Source: Moniliella sp. 'wahieum' (Eukaryota). From it: a stretch of DNA of 64,000 nt. The translations under genes and the position numbers were made by a program. Every line of letters begins with the position of its first letter. Position 1 is the stretch's first letter. This document shows, in pieces, positions 34,690 through 45,249 of this stretch. The notes beneath the pieces are model-generated. The model searched no databases, was not told the DNA's origin, and worked only from the letters and a program-made list of their open reading frames with translations. Where the stretch lies: NCBI GenBank assembly GCA_003971905.1, contig RSEE01000014.1, forward strand, positions 620,001-684,000, in the 5' to 3' direction.

Positions 34690-37600
34690 TTACTCGGCAC
34701 GCGCCCATACTCCACTCAAGGCGCGCTTAATCGAATCCAGCGCCTGGCCCGTCTGCGCCGCACGGGGGGAATGGGTGCCCGTCGACGGTTTGGTTGGCAC
34801 CCTCAGCTTGTCCCGGCGGGCGACCTTGGTGTCCGTTGCCACGGTCGCTACCGGACGCGTTCCGTACACCAATGCCGGTCGCGGCACGGGCCCCGCCTGA
34901 CCGGGTGGCATGGGCGCGGCAACCTGCGCTGCGCGTCGGGCCAAGTCGCGAAGCGCATCCTGGTTGCCTGCTTGGGCTTGCTTGGCGAGGTAGGATGGGT
35001 AGTAAGGCGGCGCTGCTGGGTCAGTCGGCTCGGCAGCCGAGCCAGCGGCCGAGGTGCGCGGATCGGCCTTCTGGGCATTGGCCAACACACCACCAGCCGA
35101 GGCCGAGGCCGAAGCCGAGCTGGCCAAGGTCCCAATGGTAGAGGTGGCTGCGGACGAAGTCCGTGCCGTGGCGAGGCTGCTGCCGGTCGTACGGGGCGGG
35201 AAGGGACCAAAGGCCCAGTCGGCCCGTGCCATTGGTGCCACCCGGCCGAGGCACGGTACACGCGAGCAAACGAGTCGCGCGCGGGGAGCGAAAGGTACGT
35301 GTGACGGCGGCGTGGACGAGCCTGGTGCGAGGCTTGGTAGGTGAGCGCCAGGGCTCGTGCGGTCCGGCGTGGGAGCGTGAGCGAGGGTTGGAACGAAGTT
35401 GGCATCCTCCATCCATCGCCCTCGCCGGTAGCGGGATCGATGAGCAAGGTTGGCTGCGCATACTGCTGCAGTTGGGGAGGAAGGTCGTCCACGTCCAAAG
35501 CGCATGTCTCGCGTGTGGTAACCAGAGCTTGGGTCGCATACATTGGCATCCCCAATGGATTGGGCGGTGCGTGTTCCCATTCGGCCAGGCCCGGGTGCCC
35601 ATACTCCTCCGCCCTGCCCAGCAGTGCCGGAGGCATCGTCACTCCGCCCGTCAGCGGCGGATTGAGCACCGGTTCCAACAATGCCCCGGTTACCTCGTTA
35701 TTTGGCAACGCAGGACCCATCAGGTGGCCGCCGCCTTCGGCGCGCACGTACTCACCATGCTCCGGCCGCGGCTGTATGCCAGCAACAGCCGCGTTCAGCA
35801 TCGCACCATACCCAGGACGCCAAGGCGAGTAGGGTCCCACAACGCGGAGATGCAGAGGGAGGTCGGACGGACGTAAACGGGTTCCCGCCCACCAGCGCCG
35901 ACGACAGCATCGACTCCTCCGCGGTCGCGTGCGACGCGTGGGCCGAATGCACGGTGGCAGTACGGAGGAGCGAGGGGGTGGGGGCGACGTGACTGGACGA
36001 GACGAGTGCGGGGAGGTAGGACACGTTTCCCATCTCCCCCGACCCTTCCCCCGACCCTTCGGACGGGGGAGAAAAAGTAGAGATTGGAGAGAGCTTGGAT
36101 CGTGCCTGGCGCGAATTCACCGGGGATCCAGGCGCGGTCTGCGCTCCCGTCTTGAAATCAGGCGCAGGAGAGATACGAGAGGTGGGGCGAAGGCGGGACC
36201 CAGACTGGAGAGGGGGAGTCAACGAGATCCGTCTCGCTCTTTCCTTTGCCTCGGCCAGCCGAGCTCACCGTGCGCTCCCGCGGAATATACGTTTGAGAGG
36301 GAGAGACGATACGGGGAGACAACGATTGGCTCGGATCGGCAGGGTGATGCGATGGCGCACAACCAACCAAGACGGGCGAGATATGAGCCTCGGTCGGGGA
36401 GCCGGCAAGGTAAGAGGGAGGGAGTGACCGCCCCGTGTCCGTTCTTCTGCGGTGAAGCAGTTTGGCGAGACACGGTCGAGTGGGACGAATGTCGCATCGC
36501 GCTCGTGTTACTCACTAGGGCCGGGGCAGCGGTGGTGGCCATCTTGCGCTGAAGGAGCACGTCGGCGGGAGAAGAAGAGTAGGAGGTTGACACGCGATTG
36601 GTCAGGTTCAAGAGCGAATGCGAACGTTTGGCCACGGGCGACTTGGAGCCGGCGGGTGTGCGCGGGGCATGCGAAACATCCGCCGTGGTACTCGCAGTCT
36701 CCTCAGAAAGATGTGAATCTCGGGACGAGCTGGGAACTTCCGAGGTCGAGCCCCGCTTCTCAGCTCTTGCCCTTGGGGTGGGACAGTTTGAAGCGGGAGG
36801 CGTCGGGGGCAGATCGTCTCTGGTCGCCTTGGGCACCTGGTCATTGCCAGAGGGAGATGATTCCGGGGTTGGAATCGCTGTTGACGCCGTCGTAGTGTCA
36901 CTCTGATTGTCCGTCGAGGCACGGAGCGGTCTAGACACCTATCCTGGGCCACCGCGGGACCTGGCGTGGCAGGAGGGGGCGGTGAGGAGCAGGAAGCGGA
37001 AGTTGGAACGACAGTAAGCTCAGGATGGTCCGAATGCTGAGCATATCCATCGCGTTGTATCCTTTCTCCTTGGGGATTGGGCCCTGAGGATGTGGCAGTG
37101 GACTGATCGCGGTCCAGCAGAGTTCGATCCGATGCAGGCGCGCTCATCATCGAGGGAGTACATGGCGACGAAGGCACGACTGTGGCCGCCGTGTCAGTGT
37201 CGGACAAAGGTGTGTCGTGTGCTGCACCTCCCAGGTGGTGTCGCGCGACAAGGTAGTCTGTCTGATTTGGGGTTGGGCCAGCAGTGGGTGCCGGGGCAGG
37301 GAGTGAAGAGGGGGTAGGTGAAGAGGTCTCCACGATCTCAGGCGGAGGACGTGGTTGGGGTTGGGGATTGGGGGCGGGAAAGGGAGTAGAGGTAGTGGTG
37401 GAGGGTGGGACAGACGAATCAGCCTGCCGCCGACGACGGGGGGCCATGACCAATACATCGCGCTCGTCATCGTCATCTTGGTCCTCATCGTCGTGGGCCT
37501 CAGGTCCGGCACCTTGGGCGGGGTCAGAAGGGACCCTGCGTGGGCCTGGTAGGAGGCAGAGGCGGGTGCGGCTGGGGCAGGCGGATGGGCAGGGTGAAAA

Positions 37601-37816
37601 AGCCGATGTTGGCACGGGCCGAAAGAGAGCCACGGGATCGATTGCGCGGGAGGGAGCTGTGGCCGACGGTGTGAAGACGGTCACTGCTCTTGCGCGAGCG
37701 CAGGTCGGAGGTGCTGCCGCGAGCCGAGGGACGGGGGCGGCGGCGGGCGGCGGGGAGGCGGAGGGGCGACCCGGAGCAGAGGGAGGCAGCGGCGGGGCGG
37801 GGGAGGGGGTGGGCAT
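34690..37816 (-). CDS. Hypothetical Pro/Ser/Ala-rich protein
   Basis: Chain of long overlapping minus-strand ORFs (36608-37816, 36219-36938, 35752-36222, 34848-35840, 34690-35580) with coding-like composition; no family recognised. Confidence 0.55.
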
Positions 37817-37939
37817 GGCAAGGCGATGGTGGAGGCGGCTGAGGACGGCCAGTCTGCACAGGGCGCGGGAGGGCAGATGAGATTGGCAATCAAGTGACTA
37901 TGACTTGTGCGTGAATTGGGCAGCGGCAGCTGGCCGTTG

Positions 37940-39445
37940 CGGTGAACTTGAACGTTGAACGTTGCGTTTTGAACGCGGGAGGCGGGAGGAGTGACTAGTG
38001 AAATGTGAAACGATGCGTGATGCATGCAGCATGCACCTGCGCTTGAAAGTTGAAGCTGAGCCGGCGCGGCGAGCTCTGAATCTGAGATCATCGATCAGAG
38101 CGTAATTAATAATTGTCTTCCCACGGCCTGCGGCCGGAGGCGGCCCGGGTGCGGCGTACTGCCTGTCCCGTGTGTGGCGGCGTGGCTTGCTCCGCAAACA
38201 GTAGCAGCGCACTGGCGCCGTGCGGTACGCGATATGACTCGGTTGCCCGTGTTGCGGCCGACTACACAATCGGCGCGACTGAGTGGCCGGTGGCTACGAC
38301 GTGGGCGGGATGCCTGACATGTGACACTGATGCATGATGCCTGCCGCCAGAGACAGCAGGGCATGTGACATGTCACACGTGACCTGTGACTGGTTGTGAC
38401 ATGTGACATGTGATGCATGTGAACGCCGGGATAGACGATAGCGCCCCCTTTCGGCTCCTTAGTAAATCCTCTCACTCCAAGCCCCATCCTGCCTTCTGCT
38501 TTTCCATTCTCCATCTTCCCTAGATGGCTTGCTGCCCTGCGCTTCGAGCATGGCAGCAAAAAGGAGATCCACATCGGACAAAAGCAGGCGCCAACCTCCT
38601 GTCGGGAGGGCAGGGCAAAGCCACAGAGTGGCTGTGGCTCTGCTGCCAAAAGACCAAGTGTGGAGCATTGAACGTGAAAGAGACAGGCGGGGAGGCGGCC
38701 AGTAGCCAGCAAAAGCAGAAAAGCGGTCTCCTATTAACGTTTAACGTTTAACTGCGATGAGACTTTGCCGTAGTTGGGTCTGTTGGTGCCTCACACAGGC
38801 CCTCAGGCCCGAGGGAGACTTGCCTCTGTCCTCAAGCTCACGCTGTGGCCTCGCTCAGGAGACCCCGGGACAAAAATGGGGGGAAGCAGTAGAAGACCCA
38901 CCTGCTCCACTTAGTCTAAAAAAGGCACACTGACAGCGGGAGCGCGTGTCGTTTCCTTACCGGCCTTACCGCGCCTTACCCCTAAAGCGGACGGATCCGT
39001 ATATGGGAGACATTATAGACGCTGACAACGTCGGCAGAGCATATGCTGCTCGTAACAGGGCACGCGTCTCAGTTTCTGGGGAGCACCGTGTCTCCATATC
39101 CCCTAACCACGCCAGGAACGGTTCTTGTTCCTGGCGAAGCAGCCGCCGCTTTGTAAGTAGTTGCTATATAGTGCTAGGTGCGCGTCTTTGGCTGGCAGGC
39201 TATGTAGTAGCAAGGACTACATTAATAGTAGTGCTGGTGAGGTAGGGTCAAACTTCTCCTTTACTGCCACCGCGGGCCTATGCGGCACCCTATGGCACCC
39301 TACGGCGCCCTATCGCCGGGTTGGGTGGGTTCCTCGTTGTTTATGAATTAGTATAGGCATCGGGACGTTCTTGAAGCTTGAGGGCCGAGTAACTAGTGAG
39401 GCTTGAGAGGCTTGAGGCTTGAGGCCTGAGGCTCAGACCCTCAGG
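37940..39445. repeat. Third field of T-N-A + palindrome heptamer arrays
   Basis: tgaacttgaacgttgaacgtt (37943), gtgacatgtgacatgtgatgcatgtga (~38396), ttaacgtttaacgttta (38734), ttgaggcttgaggcctgaggctca (~39412). Confidence 0.75.
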
Positions 39446-40561
39446 GTTCTATAAAGATCAAGCGGTCAATTTGGGGTGTAGCAAGCCATTATATTGCATG
39501 GTTGTGGTGCACTGACTAGTAGTATATAGCAACAGAATGCATAAGCTGTCCTTCCCTCTTCTTCCACTTCGCATCATGCATCATGTTGCTTCCTTCCTCT
39601 ACATTCCTTGGCCTATAATCCCGACTCTGATCTCCCTCTTGCCTTATAATAGCCCCGACTGCGTGACAAAGTTGAAGAGCTCATCAGTTTGAACAAACCG
39701 CGAGGGCAGCTGGGACAAGCACTGTGAAGGAGGCTTGGATGCAACTCATTACGAGAGATTTTTGGAGGGTATATGCTGGTGATGTTGGCCCCACAGTCTT
39801 GCGGAAGGAAATCCTACCACAACGCGGATGTGCTTTTCGCCCCAAACGGCATTTCCCCTCCATACTTTATTGTCGAGGAAGAGGATTAGCTTCATGTATG
39901 TGGATTGACGTAGTATTAGTACTAAGTACACTCCCTCCGGTGCGCGGAAAAAAACATTCCAGAGCGGGACGCTGGGAAAGAAGAAATTGGGAATAGGAGC
40001 GAGATCGGCCAAACTATGGCAATATAGCTATCAAAACATATTATTGATGGGTAATGGTCTAACATGATGTGCATGATGTTGGTACTATTGTGCCGTGGAA
40101 CAGGTCACTCTCCGATGAGACGAAGAGTATTAGTGTACAGAAGAGGTGGCCAGTCGATTGGTCACAGAGAGTGGGAACGAAGTGACAAGCGAAGCGAAGG
40201 GTTTTGTGGGGTGGTAGAGACACACGACACCAACTGCAGTAGTAGAGAAGGACGGCAGGGAAGGCCGGCGCGAGCAAATATGATATGAACAGTGGCCTAT
40301 ACTAGCCCCTCCTAAGCCATGGCCTACCTTCGTTATAGATACCCCTTCTACTACACCTGTTATACTAATGACACCCTTCTTTCTATTGGCCACCAGCACG
40401 CTATATATCCTGTGGTGTCTTCAATCGTGGAAGTAGACCGAGCTCACCTCTGCTTGATTTCTTTGTCTTTCACACATCATGGACACCATTGTGTCAATAT
40501 GGTTGTAGCTATACTTCTACTAATATATGCGGTCTCGGTCGGTGTATGCATCCAGTTTCTT

Positions 40562-41672
40562 CTACAACCGTCCCTTTGTCTGGACCATCTCGTCCGATAG
40601 CCGACGAACCAGATCGCTAGCAGGCAGTATGTCCTCCATGCGCACCACCCCTGTGCCAGCCCAGGTGACGACTCTGTCCAACCGTGAAGGACTGTAGGCA
40701 GTGCGGTAGGTTTCCTTGCCCGCATCGAACTCAGCAACGGTTTGACTATACAAGCCGCGTCCGTCGACACCAGGGGGCCAGCCCAACGTGCTCCTCGCAT
40801 GGTCAAACGCAGTAGACCGCACAGTAGGTTCATCCCGATTGCCCTGCATCCCCGGTGTGTCGGATCCGGCATGCAAGAGCAGTTGTTTCTGTCCGTCACT
40901 GTAGAGTGCCTCGGGGGTCAAGAGGAAGCGGGTGCCAAAGACAGCTGCGTCAGCGCCAGCGGCAATGAGTTGGCCTGCCTCTTGCCCGTTGGCTAGTCCG
41001 CCAGCAACAAAGAGACACGGCCGCATGTTGTGCGTCGCAAACGCAGTCTGAACTTGATCCAGCAACACTCGTACGGGTGGAGCGGCAGCCATACCATGCC
41101 CTCCTGCCTCGTGGCCCGTTAGAGAAAGAGCAGTGGGATTGTACGCAAGCGCTTCTTGGGCTTCCTTTAAGGTTCCGACCCCAATCACGATCCGCACTGC
41201 TTCGCTCATTCCACGAAACTGGTCATCCCAATACCGGAGATAGGCGATCCATGCCCCCAACTCCTTGGCCTGTCCAAATGAGAACCACACTGCCGCGACC
41301 CGCTTGAGGCAAGTAGATGAACCAGTTCATGAGCCGGGCTTGTGTTGGGCGCGTCTGAGCGGTGAGGAAGCTGACCGTGGCCAGTTGGGTCAACTTCCAA
41401 ACCAGCACACCGACTCCAATAGGTTTCCGTTCGTTGGAGGGCGTCGAGGAGGGCAAACCAAGCTCGGTGGAAGCAATAAGCAGCTCAGATCGTAACTGGT
41501 CGGGAGTCCAGTACCCGGCACCGCAAAAGCCTAGACCGCCAGCGCGCGTGACCGCGGCCGCCAGTGCGCCGCCCGATGCTGTGGCAAGAGGGCCACAGAT
41601 AATGGGCACCTGCAGTGGGACCCAACGACCCTGGAACACGGTGCGGCCAAAGAAGTGCTTGGTCAGGGACAT
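40562..41672 (-). CDS. Nitronate monooxygenase (2-nitropropane dioxygenase) family flavoenzyme
   Basis: PIICGPLATASGGALAAAVTRAGGLGFCGAG, GHEAGGHG (catalytic His motif), FVAGGLANG, AGADAAVFGTRFLLTPEA, WAGTGV; one shift near 41290. Confidence 0.92.
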
Positions 41673-42131
41673 GGTAGCGCCGCGTTGGATGCACATTAGC
41701 TAGCGGGAGGCTCCGCTTAAGTATATGTTGCGCTCGGACGAGGCGGGGCTAGTAAGAGCGCCGTAACCCATGGCGGCGATCGTGGAGGACGAGAGCGGGC
41801 AAAAGATACATGCTGCCCCCAAATTGATCTCGATGCCCATGGCGGCCCTCCAGCCGCCTCAGCCGGCAGATCTGACAAATACAGACCGAAAATGTTTGGC
41901 TAGGCTATATGCATCACCACTGGAGCAGTGTTGGGTATATAAAGGCACTGTCCGCCTTTGCATCCTATAGAGACGTCTCGCACACACATACAGCCAGCCA
42001 CTAGTTACCAGTTACCATTCACGGTCGGTCCCTGCGGCACGGTAATAACACCCCCAGAGGTGGGCGCCTTGGAGCTACTCTGAGCCACTGACGGTATTCC
42101 CATCGGATTATGAATAAGTGCAGGTTGCTCC

Positions 42132-43940
42132 TCAAATGCTTGTCCGCTTGTGTAGCGTCGCCTTGTATGGCAGGCGGAGCGGCAATGTAAGGGTCTGGGC
42201 ATAAACGGGATACGCGAGATGGGACACGTCTAAGTGCACATCGAACTGGCCCAACAGCGCAGCCAGCACAGCGCAACCCTCATACATGGCCAACGTCTGC
42301 CCGAGGCAGAGCCGCGGCCCTGCATTGAAGACGTGAAAGACAAACGGGCTGAACGTCTTGAGCGACCCGTCTTCAGGGTTTAAGAAGCGCTCGGGCCGGA
42401 ACTCTTCACAGTCTTCGCCCCAAATCTCCGGCATGCGTGCCATAGTGTAATCGGACCAGAGGATAGTGGTTCCCTTTTGAATGAATATGTCGGGCAAGCG
42501 CTTGCCCGCTTTGGCCCCGGTGCCATAAGGGTCGTCGGGACCCTTTCCCCCACCTAGTTCTTGCGCGTAGGGCTGAATCACGTCATCCTCTGTCGCGTAC
42601 TTGAGATTGCGACAGACAGGTGGCCAGAGACGAAGCGCTTCGCAAAAGACGGCTTGGGTATAGGGCATGACCTTCAAGTCGTCGTATTCCATCAAACGTT
42701 GCTCCTCACCTTCCCTAAGACACGGGTCACCTCTCGTCGGAGCTTAGCCACCACATTGTCTGCGTTGCGCAGCTCGTACAAGGTCCATGTCAAACCCTGT
42801 GCGGTCGTGTCTCGTCCGGCGAGAAGAAAGTTGAGAACAACCGCCAGGAGCTCCTCCCGCCCGAGTCCTTGGTCGATAAAATGCTGAAGTAGATCCTTCC
42901 CATCCTTGCTCTGAGCGCCTTGAGACCCGCCATTAGCTTGATTCTCCATCCGCTTGTCAATTATGCGATAGCAGGCCTCCCGGATCACAACGAGGGCTTT
43001 GCGCATGTCCCGCCCTTGACGGGAAAAGCACTCGGTGAGTTTCCAAAACGGGTTGCTAAAGCGCAGGCCAGATACCTTTTGGGCAAAGTCGAAGGCAGCA
43101 GCAAAGGGTACTTCAGTTGCCAGCCATCCTCGCCTTGGAGCTTCAGAGTAACAATCAGATATGTCAGTCAGTGTTCACCCCACATGGGGGGGGCGTACGG
43201 CAAGCATCCCAAGTCGGCTCCGAATGCCATGGTCCCAAACGTATCAAGTGTATACCGAAAGAAGATGTGGCAGATTTACGGTTGAATGCTTTGCTGCCAA
43301 ATCGTCGGCCAACTGAAGCAAGACGGCAAGATCGCGCTGAACAGTGCGCTGGACATGTGTGCGAAAGTTGGAGACGGAGAACTATATACCAAAATGAGGA
43401 TGAATCAGTGTGCTTTTGAGCGGCAAACATCGTCATCTTGGAGGGGGGGAAACGTACAATATGCGAAGCCAACTTGCGCTGGCGCTTCCACGCAACTCCA
43501 TCCGCTACAAAGATGCCCGTCTCGGACAAGAGGTCGGAGAGGCATTGGCGAAAGGGGGCCCCCTTCACGTACTTGTGGAAACTAGTCTTGGAACCTTGGA
43601 CCCATGCCAACAGCTCGGGTCGGTTGATGACCGTGGTGCGGGAACCTAGGGCGAAGGGGATATGAAGTGCAAACGGCATGCCCCCGGCGCCCGTGTTGTG
43701 CTGCGCTTGGGTCATCAAGTCCAGCCCACCTTCGTTGCGACCTTGTAGTCCCCGTACAAGCTCACGCCAGTTTCCCACGAGGGCCAAGCTGCCGGGGACG
43801 ATGGCCACCCCGGGCACTCGTTTCACCCCCAGCGGCCGGTCGGGGTATAGGACCACGCCCACCAGGAGCAGCAGCACGGATGTGCTCAGAATGATCCAGG
43901 GGGACGGCGCGGAGATCGATGGGGCCAGCAGGAACGGCAT
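42132..43940 (-). CDS. Cytochrome P450 (fatty-acid/alkane hydroxylase-like); introns 43382-43457 and 43141-43198
   Basis: N-terminal anchor, GIFVADGVAWKRQRK, I-helix AGRDTT, K-helix EALR, FRPERF and heme motif FNAGPRLCLG. Confidence 0.95.
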
Positions 43941-44181
43941 TCAGGCGAATGACAGAGCCGAGAGGCAGCTTTTGGGAGAGGAGGTGGTGGAGTTCATGGC
44001 AGCAGTAGAAGCGACTTGCGTCACAAACGCATTGGCCAAAGCAAAAACCCCGCTTTGGCAACGGCCTGTGAAAGTCTGCCTCGTTTGCACATGTTTGCAC
44101 ATGAGCAATTCCACATTTCAAAGTGCAGTCCATATATGCTCTGGCCGAACCGCAGGGTGACCACCGGGAACTTAACCCGTC

Positions 44182-44452
44182 ACGCGTCAAGCTTCAAGAG
44201 CTTCAAGCTTCATCGATGATCGATGAATGACGTTAATGACGCGGAGCGGACGCGTCGGTCATTAGGCGGAGTACGTTGTATGCACAGCCAAGCGACTGCA
44301 CCTGAGTACTGAGTGCCTGAGCGCTGAGCCTGCGCCCGAGTAACTGAGCTGAGGCTCAGCGCTGAGGCGCTGAGGCCCAGCCTGAGCGGCAACCAATGGT
44401 CTCTAGTGCTAGTGGCACTGCGCGCTAGCGCTTGAAGCTTGAAGCTTGAAGC
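44182..44452. repeat. Dense mixed-core heptamer palindrome lattice in divergent promoter
   Basis: acgcgt-c-aagctt ... aagctt-c-atcgat-g-atcgat (44182-44224); tga-gtac-tga and tga-gcgc-tga (44303-44328); tga-agct-tga-agct-tga (44433-44449). Confidence 0.85.
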
Positions 44453-44686
44453 GCTGCCGTGGGGTGGATCGAGTCTTTAGTGGCACTGGTGGTACTGGTG
44501 GTACGCCAGCTGTGCGAGAGGGGCTTGGATTCGAAAAAAAGGGAATATTGAACTTGTACTGGACCGCTGACGTGTAACGTGTGACGTCCGTTGCCCATTG
44601 CCTAGGTGGCTTTTCGATCGACATGCACGGGCCACATTGGACGGGCCGCTGCCGATGGGACATCGATTGTCGGTTATCGATCGGGG

Positions 44687-44692
44687 TATAAA
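44687..44692 (+). promoter_or_regulatory. TATA box of small gene at 44759
   Basis: tataaa ~70 bp before ATG 44759. Confidence 0.55.
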
Positions 44693-44758
44693 GCTGGGGC
44701 CCACTCCAATCTCGCCCGCCTCCAGCTGCCTTCGTCACACCCAGCAAACGTTGCCGTC

Positions 44759-45161
44759 ATGCTGTCGCCCATCCGCACCGCCTTTACCAGCAGCATCGCC
44801 CTCAGCAGCTTCCGGGCTGTGGTACGCCCTGCTCTGCTCCGTCCCGCAGCAGCACCAGCGCGAGCTTTCCAGGTGAGTTTCTATAAGTGCTCTCCACCTT
44901 CTCGTCCCTCTCTCCCTCATCTCAAGATGACCCAAGCTGACGACCATTAGACTTCGCCCGTGCAATCCGGTTCCCAAGCTAATGCTGGCGACCCTGCTGG
45001 CGACCCCGAGCCGACCGAGGCAGAGGAAGATGTCCGTGGGACCAAGAGGAGTCCAACATGTCGCCTCAGGAACTTGCTCAAGAGGAGGCATTTATCCGCA
45101 TGCGGAAGTGGAGGACAGTATGACCGAGTCTGAGCAGGACTTGGATGGCGACAAGTCTTAA
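44759..45161 (+). CDS. Small hypothetical protein with mitochondrial-type presequence; intron 44873-44950
   Basis: MLSPIRTAFTSSIALSSFRAVVRPALLRPAAAPARAFQ|TSP (Arg/Ser/Ala-rich, no acidic residues), GTGAGT...CTGAC...TAG intron, then an acidic region; stop position depends on indels (45123-45161). Confidence 0.65.
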
Positions 45162-45249
45162 TATATCTCACCTGCACTGTCATCCTGCTCCTGTGTGCGC
45201 AGCTGCTCTTCCCCGTCACAGTATTTCTGTCGTATTGCAAACTCTTTTT

